From the NCBI GenBank assembly GCA_041690595.1, contig JAWLHB010000054.1, forward strand, positions 1 to 53,347: 53,347 nt of DNA. Direction: 5' to 3'. A program made the position numbers and the translations under genes. The notes under the pieces were generated by a model. It saw only the letters and a program-made list of their open reading frames with translations, was not told where the DNA came from and did not search any database. Shown here in pieces: positions 8,002 through 17,200 of this stretch. The stretch comes from Lentisphaeria bacterium (GTDB lineage Bacteria > Verrucomicrobiota > Lentisphaeria > JABSQK01 > JAWLHB01). How positions within the stretch are numbered: the first letter of the stretch is position 1; every line of letters starts with the position of its first letter.

Positions 8002-9183
8002 TCAGCTTCCCAAGGCGACGACAGTATGAATCATTCTGCCGGATGCCAGTTCGGCCTTCTCCCCATCCTGGGAAAGATGGTAGATGGTGCTGCCGTTGGT
8101 GTAGACAATCGTGCCGTCGGGAGCAAGGTCGAAGGCGACGACCCCTCGCGCCAGGCAGCTTGTCTCTCCCTCCGGTGTCTGGCGCATCAGGCGCCAGCTT
8201 GATGGCACCAGTGCACCGGCATCGGCTTCGCCGTTCTCCCGCCTCAGGTTGCGCTGTGCATCGACCATGCGCCCCCAGAGCATCATCCGATGAAGGTCCT
8301 GCTGCGCCTGCTCCTGACGGCGCCCACCTGTCGCCAGCGGTTTGCCCGAAAAGAGAAGACTGAAGACGTTCAGGAAAGCGAAAAGCGCCCGCAGCAGCCG
8401 GAAGGGGAAGAGGATGATATCGAGCAGGAATCGCCAGACGGAAAAGCTCTCCGGCCCCTGGTACGGGCGCTCGATGTAGTAGAGGTGGCCATCGGCATCC
8501 TTTCGGGGGCTGAGCAGGTCCAGCTCATCGTGCTCCACCAGCGTCTCGATGTCGCCGCGAGCGAGGTCGAGCTGCTCGATCCGGTATGGCCCCTGCCCGG
8601 CGACGATTCCCTCGGCGCTCCAGCCGATCCCGGCTGACTGAAAGAGAAGCCGCTCCCCCTCGCCCGGAATCCACGACGGTGATCGATCGATGGAGTCACC
8701 TTCCGTGATCTGCCGCAGGTTCGAGCCATCCGCCTGCATGATGGCGATGTTGCTGAGGCCGTTGTCAACCTCGATGGCGCAGGCAATTCGCCCGCGATCA
8801 TCGCTGGTTGCCAGATCCATCGCACGAAATTGTGACTTGTGAAAGAGCCGCCGCTCCTTGCCTGCCGTCAGATCGTAACTCAACAGCCCGCCGACGGTTC
8901 CGGTATCCAGGAGGTAACAGATCTGATCGCTTGTCGCGCCGCGCGTTACCCCGGCAATCTGCAAATTCAGCATGGATGGATCGCTGCTCCCACCGCCCCA
9001 GAGCATGCGTCCCGAGAAAGGACTTCCTCCTTCACCCTCCTTCCAGGCGTTCTTCGCGTGGCTGCTCAGGGAACGATTGTAAATCTCCTGCCCGAAGGCG
9101 CTGTCTATTTCTTTCGCTTCCGTACCGGGGCGACAAAGATAAAGACGTCCCCCTGCAACATACGCAACAGTCGGTGCTGGCAT
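8002..9183 (-). CDS. TolB/PD40-like beta-propeller protein
   Basis: NIAIMQADGSNLRQITEGDSIDRSPSW, DGTIVYTNG; internal hydrophobic segment; no clear signal peptide. Confidence 0.6.
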   Translation of the reverse strand: MPAPTVAYVAGGRLYLCRPGTEAKEIDSAFGQEIYNRSLSSHAKNAWKEGEGGSPFSGRMLWGGGSSDPSMLNLQIAGVTRGATSDQICYLLDTGTVGGLLSYDLTAGKERRLFHKSQFRAMDLATSDDRGRIACAIEVDNGLSNIAIMQADGSNLRQITEGDSIDRSPSWIPGEGERLLFQSAGIGWSAEGIVAGQGPYRIEQLDLARGDIETLVEHDELDLLSPRKDADGHLYYIERPYQGPESFSVWRFLLDIILFPFRLLRALFAFLNVFSLLFSGKPLATGGRRQEQAQQDLHRMMLWGRMVDAQRNLRRENGEADAGALVPSSWRLMRQTPEGETSCLARGVVAFDLAPDGTIVYTNGSTIYHLSQDGEKAELASGRMIHTVVALGS

Positions 9184-9292
9184 GACATTCCCTTTTTTCA
9201 ACACACATTCACTCACCTTCGCGAAAATAGCCCTCCCAACAGGAATCACAAGCAAGAAGCCAAAAAGCGCTGCCGGTCATCGAACCGCCGAA

Positions 9293-9333
9293 CAACAAAA
9301 AAGCCGGCACGTCTGCTTTAGAGACGTGCCGGC
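9293..9333 (-). terminator. Rho-independent terminator after porin gene
   Basis: 12-bp stem gccggcacgtct/agacgtgccggc followed on the minus strand by a T-run. Confidence 0.75.
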
Positions 9334-9360
9334 CCCGGCCTTGCCTGCCTTTCTTACCCT

Positions 9361-10113
9361 TTAGAAGCTTACCCCAACGCTGAAGACGGTCCAGATGCTG
9401 TCGGACGAGCCATCCGTCAGATCGCTGTCAACGATCTCCGCATAATGAAGCGAGAGTCCCGCAGAGAGATTTTCGGTAATCTGGTAGGCCAGACCTGCCG
9501 ACACGTTGACGTCGGAAAAGGCGTCCTTGTCTTCGCCGAAGTAGTACTCGTTGTACTCCGAGTCGCCGGCTCCGATGCTGGCCCCGAGGTCGAGGGTCAG
9601 ATTGCCATCGTCTGTCAGCGCGTAGCTATGGCCGATACCGAACGTGGCGTAAAAGCCGTCCGCCTCGGTGAAGTCATAAAAGACGGTGAGCGATGGATTC
9701 AGCAACGTGTCGATGAGGCTGAAGCCGACGAAGACCTCATTGGTATTCGCCCCCTGAGCGCCGGGAAAGACATAGGCGATGACGCCTGCATCCACCGCCA
9801 CCTTCTCGAACTCATGGGAATAGGCCAGTGTATAATCGACTTCCGAGATCTGATCGTCGCCGCGGAGACCCGCGTCCGTCATGTCATAATTGGCCCAGAC
9901 ATTCAGGCTGAGACCACCATAGCCGATCGTCGCACTCGGCTGCAGGACCTGCTCGTCATTCACCTCGATGCCGCGCCAGACATACTTGCTCGCATTGTCC
10001 AGAGAAAACTCGAAGCTCAGGCTCTCGCTTTCTTCCTGCGCCGACGTCCCGGGTAACCACAGTATGGTTGCCAGTGCCAGTGCCACGCTCAACACTCGAT
10101 TTGACTTTGTCAT
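9361..10113 (-). CDS. Outer-membrane beta-barrel protein (TorF/MipA-like putative porin)
   Basis: Signal peptide, SKYVWRG..VLQPS, EVDYTLAYS, alternating beta strands, C-terminal Phe; AGGAG SD before ATG 10113. Confidence 0.8.
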   Translation of the reverse strand: MTKSNRVLSVALALATILWLPGTSAQEESESLSFEFSLDNASKYVWRGIEVNDEQVLQPSATIGYGGLSLNVWANYDMTDAGLRGDDQISEVDYTLAYSHEFEKVAVDAGVIAYVFPGAQGANTNEVFVGFSLIDTLLNPSLTVFYDFTEADGFYATFGIGHSYALTDDGNLTLDLGASIGAGDSEYNEYYFGEDKDAFSDVNVSAGLAYQITENLSAGLSLHYAEIVDSDLTDGSSDSIWTVFSVGVSF

Positions 10114-10254
10114 CCACTTCACTCCTGATAAATGATGTTCATGTGATGCCCCAGCGGGGGCTCTTTTCCGCTCTCGCCAATCGAAATGGTTCTTCCCCAC
10201 CTCCTTTCCTGATGTATTTGTTTCCACTGGATCTTCGAAAGACAAACAGCCTGT

Positions 10255-10270
10255 AGCAATGATCGTGCCA
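10255..10270 (-). promoter_or_regulatory. Sigma54 (-24/-12) promoter for porin gene
   Basis: Minus strand reads TGGCAC-GATCA-TTGCT, a perfect TGGCAC-N5-TTGC consensus about 140 nt upstream of the porin start. Confidence 0.75.
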
Positions 10271-10364
10271 GATCGCCAAAACCCCCTCGTTTCGGCTCGC
10301 TTTCAGCTCGGATCAGTGTCGTCGATTACTCTGCATACCATGCAAACCGAAACCTTTCGCGATA

Positions 10365-10408
10365 GACAATTCTGTCCTGGCGGCGGGTTTATTCGACATT
10401 TTTGTCGA
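10365..10408. promoter_or_regulatory. Two GACA-N4-TGTC palindromes, candidate enhancer (bEBP) binding sites
   Basis: gacaattctgtc (10365-10376) and gacatttttgtc (10395-10406), 30 bp apart, about 95-135 bp upstream of the sigma54 site. Confidence 0.45.
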
Positions 10409-10615
10409 TATTGCCTTTCGGCGTTGCCTGCCCTGCCAATCCCCGTCGGCGGCACCAAAATCGCCGCCAGATTCGCCTGCGCGGAAGAATGCCGATTATG
10501 AAAACGTTTTTATCAGCCTCGGAACAAGAAAAAGTCCATATCCTGGCAGCCACAAGGAGAAGATCTTTTGGAGATGCACTCGACGTTCAACTTAACATGG
10601 CTATATTAGGCCACT

Positions 10616-10999
10616 ATGATGGAATGGTATAACACACTGCAACGTCCGCCTTTAACGCCACCGAACTGGCTCCTTATGGTCTTATGGGCTCTCGTCTATG
10701 GACTGATCGTTGGCGCTGTCGTGCTTTATCTCCGTACCCCGCGGGAAGAGCGCTCCAAGTTGTTTCAAACGATGTTCTATGTCCACCTCGGCGCACACCT
10801 CCTCTGGCCGCTTCTATTCTTTGTGGCGCAATCTCCCCTCGCGGCAATGGTGGACATCATCATCCTGGGTCTCAGCCTGGTCTATCTCATGCTTGCGGTC
10901 TGGCCCATCCGCCGGATGGTATCGGTGATGCTCCTGCCCTACCTCATGTTGGTGGCATTCTCCTATTACCTCAACGCCGGCTACTGGCTGTTGAACTAG
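10616..10999 (+). CDS. tspO: TspO/MBR family tryptophan-rich sensory protein (short, lacks usual first TM helix)
   Basis: WYNTLQRPPLTPP, W..LFF, A.VDII.L, LLPYL..V.F..YLN. Confidence 0.8.
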   Translation: MMEWYNTLQRPPLTPPNWLLMVLWALVYGLIVGAVVLYLRTPREERSKLFQTMFYVHLGAHLLWPLLFFVAQSPLAAMVDIIILGLSLVYLMLAVWPIRRMVSVMLLPYLMLVAFSYYLNAGYWLLN

Positions 11000-11218
11000 C
11001 TGCCCGGCGGAAGTCTTTCCACGCTTAGCAGCACGTGTCTGCGCTGTGTTCATCACCCTTCCTCTTTGGCGCAACACGCCACGATTGCCCTGATTGGGCA
11101 TCGCGCCCAAGGTTGCCGCCTCACGGCTTCCCTGAGCTTGGGGACGGAATCCTCTCGCCGCCCCGTCAGATCCATCCCGACGCGTTACCGCCCGGTGCTC
11201 GCTGTCCGGGCGTGGAGA

Positions 11219-12823
11219 TCAGGGACGGTAGTGGCGGTAGAGGTTGAAGACGGTGCCGACCTTGAACCAGCCCGAGCTGCGCGAGACCAGCAGCTTCGTC
11301 ACCCTCGACGGGTTGTTGACACCGCTCTGCGTCCCGATGTTGTGATAGGCGCCGACTCCCGCGGCACCGCAGAGCGTGGTGACCTGCAGTTGTTGGGTTG
11401 CCGCGCAAAAGGCGAGCTGAATTTCGAACTTGATCCAACCGCCGGCATGGGCCGAGGAGGTCAATTCCACGGCGCCGGTGTTCTGGGTGTAGCCACTCGC
11501 GTGAGAGACGAGGTAGTTGGCGTTCCAGATGCTCCCCGCCCCGTCGTCCCATTGCAGGAACTCGTGTGCCGTGCTCCCGTCCGTCCATCCGGCGACCTCG
11601 AGCAGGTACCGCTCTCCGGCCACGATCTCCAGGTCAGAGAGGAGCGCGGAACCGAGCTCGCCACCGACAGTAAGGCTGGCGACCCGCTCCGTCCCACCGC
11701 CGTTAGCAAGTGCCGCAATGGCCTGCTTCACCCGCTCGGGCGTCCACAGCCGAGGCTCCGTCAGCGTTCCAGCTTCCGCCTCCGTCTGGGTGGCGATCAC
11801 CGGGTTCGGCTCGCCGCTCTCCAAGGCCGCGATGGCCTGCCCAACGCGCTCGGGCGTCCACAGTCGCGCCTCGGTCAGGCTGCCTGCTTCCGCCTCCGCC
11901 TGGCTGACCGTCACCGGCAGGCCTGCCCCCGCACTGCCGGTGACCAGGCGCGCCGTCACGCCGTCATGGTCGACCTGCAGTGCGCCAGTGCCGAAAAGCA
12001 AATCCCGGTTGCCGTCGATCACCAGGTTGCCCCCAGTTCCCTTCAGGGTGATGCTCGCCCCATCGGTCACGGTCAACCAGTAGATGCCGGCGGGTGCTTC
12101 CAGGGTAAACAGCTCATCTGCCGTGCCACTTTCCGGGGAGAGGCGGTGGCGGGACTGCGTCAGAACGGCAACGCCGTCGACGATGGCGACTTCGGTTGAC
12201 GCTGCCGGTGCGAGAAGTCCCACGTCGACGATGCCGTGCCCGTTCATCTCCAACTTACCCGTCAGGCTGCCGCCCGCGAGTGGGAGGCGCCCGGCGATCA
12301 GGGAGTCGACTTCGGCGCGATTATAGTGCATGGCGGGCAAGGGAGGCGGCAGCATGCCGCTGTGATCGATCAGGTTGCGCGCTCGCAGGACCATCTGCCC
12401 CACGTAGAAGGGACGGGTGGCCCCGGCGGCATAGACCTTCAGCTCACCGTAGATCGTCATCTCTTCGCGGCTTCCCAGCGCCTCTCGCAGGCTGGCGCTC
12501 GCGGCGTCGATCAGGATGGCAAGGCGGCCGGCGGCGGGAGCGGCGTCCGGCCACTGGTCCGGATTGTTGATTGCCTCGTTGGGTGAATAGAGGAGGACAG
12601 TCGATGCGCTGTCCCAGTCGTCATCGGCGGCCCAGGAGAAGGTATCGCTCTCGTGAAACGAGGCGGGCCGACCATCGTCGTGGATGCAGGTGAGGGCCAG
12701 CACCGCCTGTTGTTCGAGGGTGATGCGGGGCAGTTGCTCGATGGCCAGCGGGCTGCCGTCACTGTCGCAGAAGCGTTGCGCGTCGACGTTGTAGAAGGTG
12801 TGAAGTCTGGTTGAAAAGGACAT
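11219..12823 (-). CDS. Phage tail-fibre-like protein
   Basis: RLPLAGGSLTGKLEMNG..I..VG motif; two 38-aa SQAEAEAG...RLWTPERV.QAIAAL repeats; beta-rich C-terminal domain; GGAG SD before ATG 12823. Confidence 0.65.
   Translation of the reverse strand: MSFSTRLHTFYNVDAQRFCDSDGSPLAIEQLPRITLEQQAVLALTCIHDDGRPASFHESDTFSWAADDDWDSASTVLLYSPNEAINNPDQWPDAAPAAGRLAILIDAASASLREALGSREEMTIYGELKVYAAGATRPFYVGQMVLRARNLIDHSGMLPPPLPAMHYNRAEVDSLIAGRLPLAGGSLTGKLEMNGHGIVDVGLLAPAASTEVAIVDGVAVLTQSRHRLSPESGTADELFTLEAPAGIYWLTVTDGASITLKGTGGNLVIDGNRDLLFGTGALQVDHDGVTARLVTGSAGAGLPVTVSQAEAEAGSLTEARLWTPERVGQAIAALESGEPNPVIATQTEAEAGTLTEPRLWTPERVKQAIAALANGGGTERVASLTVGGELGSALLSDLEIVAGERYLLEVAGWTDGSTAHEFLQWDDGAGSIWNANYLVSHASGYTQNTGAVELTSSAHAGGWIKFEIQLAFCAATQQLQVTTLCGAAGVGAYHNIGTQSGVNNPSRVTKLLVSRSSGWFKVGTVFNLYRHYRP
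11711..11905 (-). repeat. Intragenic tandem repeat (114-bp period) in the tail-fibre-like gene
   Basis: 11711-11791 and 11825-11905 share atggcctgc..cgctcgggcgtccacag..gcttccgcctccg. Confidence 0.8.
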
Positions 12824-12837
12824 GGTGGAAAGCTCCG

Positions 12838-13704
12838 TCAAAGATTGAAAGTGTGGTGAAGGATCAGGCGGTGATCGGTAGCAGCCCAGCCGCGCCAGGT
12901 ACCTGGGGCCGGCGGGGAAAGCCGGACCTGATCGCCGTCGCCCAGTATGATCCGCAGCTCATTCGCGCTGGTGGGTCCCGCGCTTGCCGCCACCTGCGCA
13001 TAGCATCCCGCAGTCGATGCAAAATCCTGATTCTCATAGATGGCATCCGGGCGGATCCGCGAAGCGAGCACCACCAGCTCCCAGCGCTTCTCGCCGGCCG
13101 GCAGGGTAAAGTCGCAACGGGCTCGCTCGCGGCGTACGATGTAATAGCCCTCGTCCTCACAGGCATAATGGCAGACCGGACTCCCGGTCCAGGAGGGAAT
13201 CCAGGGTTCCGACGCGAATGAAGCCGCGACACTGGCAAAGGATTCCTCCACCGCGCCACCGGCTCCACGCAGCTCCTGCCCGACCAGCGCGTCGGGTTGC
13301 CGCACCGTGCAGGTCAGCTCGGCGAGCAGCGCCGCCTGCTGCCGAGCCCAGGCGGCCGCGAGTAACCCAACGTGCCGCGTCCGCAGACGTACCGGCGCAC
13401 CGATGGCCTCCAGCAAGGTCGTTTCAGACCAGGGTGGGATTGCCATCGCAGCCCCCTGCCAGAGAGCGTCGCTCCTGGTGAAATGTGGAATCAAGGCGCT
13501 GACCAGCTCGTCGAAACCGGCGCCCCAGGCGGTTGTCGGCAACTCTCCCGGCGCCAACGCCTCCCGAAGAAGCGGCGGCACCTCGACATCCACCACGGCG
13601 GCGCGCATCAGCGCATGGCGGCGCAGCGCCTCCGCGTACGGTCTCACCTGGCGCGCGACAAAGCCGTTCGCGGCCAGGAGGGAGAGTTCAGGCAGTTCTG
13701 GCAT
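12838..13704 (-). CDS. Hypothetical protein (phage-module context)
   Basis: 288-aa ORF with AAGGAGG SD, co-oriented and closely spaced with the tail-fibre-like gene. Confidence 0.6.
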   Translation of the reverse strand: MPELPELSLLAANGFVARQVRPYAEALRRHALMRAAVVDVEVPPLLREALAPGELPTTAWGAGFDELVSALIPHFTRSDALWQGAAMAIPPWSETTLLEAIGAPVRLRTRHVGLLAAAWARQQAALLAELTCTVRQPDALVGQELRGAGGAVEESFASVAASFASEPWIPSWTGSPVCHYACEDEGYYIVRRERARCDFTLPAGEKRWELVVLASRIRPDAIYENQDFASTAGCYAQVAASAGPTSANELRIILGDGDQVRLSPPAPGTWRGWAATDHRLILHHTFNL

Positions 13705-13725
13705 GATAAGCTCCTCCTTTGAGTC

Positions 13726-14091
13726 TCAGGTCCAAACCGGTACCTGGCCCAGGTACTCGCCACCGAGCGGCGTCACCAGCAGCCAGGTTCCTGGCGGCAC
13801 CGTCTCCGCTGGGTCCAGGTGCAGGATGCGAATGGCGACGCCGGTCACCGTCGCCGGCGCCTCTGGTCCATCCCCAAAAAGATCTCCGGAGTAACTCGTT
13901 CCTGGACCTCCGGACGCAATGCGCGCCGGCAGCATGGAAGAACCTCCCGGCCTCCATTCTCCCCCGCCGATTCCCTCCACGTGGATTCGGGATCCTGACT
14001 CCGTGAACTCAAGTCGAACTCCGTCTCCCTCCAGCAGTCGCGCCTGGCGCACGGCGGCTTTCAGCTCCTTTAATATTCCCCGAAGCGTCAT
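13726..14091 (-). CDS. Hypothetical protein (phage-module context)
   Basis: 121-aa ORF with GGGAGGG SD, first gene of the three-gene minus-strand unit. Confidence 0.6.
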   Translation of the reverse strand: MTLRGILKELKAAVRQARLLEGDGVRLEFTESGSRIHVEGIGGGEWRPGGSSMLPARIASGGPGTSYSGDLFGDGPEAPATVTGVAIRILHLDPAETVPPGTWLLVTPLGGEYLGQVPVWT

Positions 14092-14290
14092 CCTGTTCCC
14101 TCCCTGTTGAAACTCTAAAAGATGACATAAAATAACTCATGAGTTGCAAAAGGCAAGTCGCTTTTGAAAAGATTGTGGGGGATGGGCCGGACGAATCATT
14201 CCGTGGCTCTTCTCCGCGCGCCGGCGCGAATGATGATATAGTGACAGACGCGCGGATTTCGCATATTGCACGTTAACGAGGGTGGCATCC

Positions 14291-17200
14291 ATGGGGCATG
14301 AGATCGTTCGCTATGCCGTTGCCGAGCAACTGGATGAGGAGTTGTGGCTGCTGACGGCGCTGGAGTTGCCCCCAATCTCCTGTGTGGGAAAGGATCGGGA
14401 ACGGCTCGAGAGGGATCTGGCTGCCTTGCTGAAGGAGCAGTTGGAGCGGGGCGGCACGGGAGATCTGTGGTTCGGCAACCTGGGTGAGCGGCCGCAAACC
14501 ATGGAGATCGTGCTGGAACTGGCCGCTCCTGACCAGCAACCCGCCTGGCGCAACGGCAAACGGCTGCCTTTTCAGATCGTCTACTGGCATCACGGGCGTG
14601 AGTTGACCTGCATCATGGTGCCGGCCATCGAGCTTTTTGCCATTGTGCCCGCCGACGCGGATCTGCAGGCCAGCGCCGCGAAGCATCTTCTGGAAGCCAT
14701 TCGCCGCCTCCATCTGGGCAAGGCGCTCGATCAGTTGCCGTGGGCACTTGTGCCGCCGCGGGTGGAGATCGTGGAAATGAGCCTGAACCTCAAACTGACG
14801 ACGCCGCTTCAGGAGAAGCGGGAGCAGGACGAGGAGAAGGCAGTGCTGGTGCTCCCCCAGGTGGCGAGCGACCTGACGCGCGAACGTCTGCCGGTACATG
14901 ACGAGGTGACGGCCATGGTGCAGCTCCTGGCGGAAAGCCTCTCCGGCGAGGGCGCCCACAGTATTCTGCTGGTCGGCGAAAGTGGCGGCGGCAAGTCGAG
15001 CCTCTTCTACGAGCTGGTGCGTCGCCGTCGCGAACTGCGGCTCGGAAAATGGGAATTCTGGGAGAGCAGCGGCTCCCGTCTGGTGGCAGGAATGACCGGC
15101 TACGGCATGTGGCAGGAACGCTGCGCCAAGCTGGTGCGGGAGACGACAGGCCGCGAGTTGGTCGTTCACCTTGGCAACCTGCTCGAGTTGATGGATGCCG
15201 GCAAGAGCGTCTGCAATCCACAGGGCATCGGCTCCTACCTCAAACCTTACCTGGCGCGGGGACAGCTCCGGGTCGTTGTCGAGTGCACGCCCGAGCAACT
15301 GGCCGTGGCCGAGCGGGAAGATCCCTACCTTGTGCAGCTCTTCGAGCAACTGACGGTGCCGCGCCCACAGCCGGTGACAGTCGCGGCGATCCTGCGCGGG
15401 GTGGCCGCCCGTCTGCGCGCCGCCGAGGAGGAGCCGCTCAGCCCTGAAGCCCTCGCCGAGATCGACCGGCTGCATCGGCGCTTCGCTCCTTATTCTGCCT
15501 ATCCCGGCCGCCCCGTTCGCTTTCTCCGCAACCTGCTTGCCGACGCACCCCGTCGCCAACAGGTCACGGTCATCGATGTGCAGCGGGCGTTCGCCCGCGA
15601 AACCGGGCTGCCACTGCTCTTTCTCGATGAAAGCCAACGCCTTGACCTGGCCGAGACCCGCCGCTATATCACCGACCGGGTGATCGGGCAGCTCCCGGCC
15701 GTGGATGAGGTCGTCGCTCGCCTGGCTATGGTCAAGGCCGATCTCAGCCGGCCACGACAACCCATCGCCTCCCTCCTCTTCATCGGCCCCACCGGCGTCG
15801 GCAAGACCGAGATGGCCAAGACGATTGCCGCCTTTCTCTTTGGCAACCCGGAGCGCCTCATCCGTTTCGACATGAGCGAGTACGCCGACTGGTTCGCCGT
15901 GGATCGACTCATTGGCGCCCGATCGGCCGAGGGCCTGCTCACCGCACGGGTACGCGAACAACCGTTTTCCGTCGTCCTGCTGGACGAGTTCGAGAAGGCG
16001 CACCCGCGTTTCTTCGACCTCCTGCTGCAGATTATGGGTGAAGGACGGCTGACCGATGCGGCGGGCCGTACGGCGGATTTCTGCAGCTCCGTGATCATCA
16101 TGACCTCCAATCTCGGAGCGACGACCTACCAGCGCGGAACCTTGGGATTCCCGACCGGAGAAGATGAGGGAGAGCGCGCCGTCAGCCACTTCACCGGGGA
16201 AGTGCGCCGCTTTCTGCGACCGGAGATCCATAACCGGATCGACAGCATCGTCGCCTTTCTGCCGCTGGACAGCGCTGCGATCGCCCAGATCGCCCGGCGT
16301 GAGCTGGACCTGATACGCAAGCGTGACGGCATCTGGCAGCGTGGTGTCGGCCTGCGGGTTGCCGATGAGGTGACCGGGCAACTCGCCCTGGCAGGTTGGG
16401 ATCCGCGCTACGGGGCTCGGCCGCTGAAGCGCACCATCGAAAGGCGCTTGCTCGCGCCCCTGGCACAACGCCTCAATCTCTACGCCGATAACGCGCCTCT
16501 GCACGTGGACGTGACACAACCGGCGGAGAAGATCGAGATCGCCGTATCCGCAAGCAATGCCGAAGTGAGTGCGGCCGCGTCGGTGGTCGGCGAAAGCATT
16601 GCCGAGCGGATGCTGACCTTGCGCCGACTGACGCAGCGGCTGGAGCAGCACGATGTCATGATCGCCATTCGCAATCGGATCGATGAACTCGAACGCCTGC
16701 GACAGCTGGCCAGGTTGCGCGGGGAGAGCGAACCGCCGCGGCAGGCATCACGCTTGCAGCAGTTGCAGGCGCTGGATATGCGGGTTGGCGATCTTGCGGG
16801 CGAGGTGGCCGCGCTGGAAGACGCGGTGATGCTCCGGGCCTATCGCCAGCAAGAGCCGGCCGAGCAGGACGTGAAGCAGTTGCGCGAAGCGGAAGCTGCT
16901 GTCGAAGAGGCGGTGTTGCGGGTTTACTCCGCCGAGGCTGAGAACGCGGACCAGGTATCCCTCGCCATCCTGGGGCAGGAGCGCCATCTGGTGCTTCAAC
17001 TGGCCCGGGGATACTGGGGCTATGCTCGCGACCGCTTCCGCTGCGAAGCTTACATCCTCCGTCCGTTGAACGAAGACGAACGCGCGGCGGAGTGCCGGCG
17101 CCCGCCGGAAACCGATTTGTCGACGCTTCCGCCGGAAGAACCTTGGCTGCGACCTGAGCCCCTGACGGGCCCGGATCCCCTGGCGGAACTGCCGTCACGG

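Noticed and set aside
11000..11400. Possible DGR variable region at the tail-fibre 3' end
   Set aside because: No template repeat and no reverse transcriptase seen in the window
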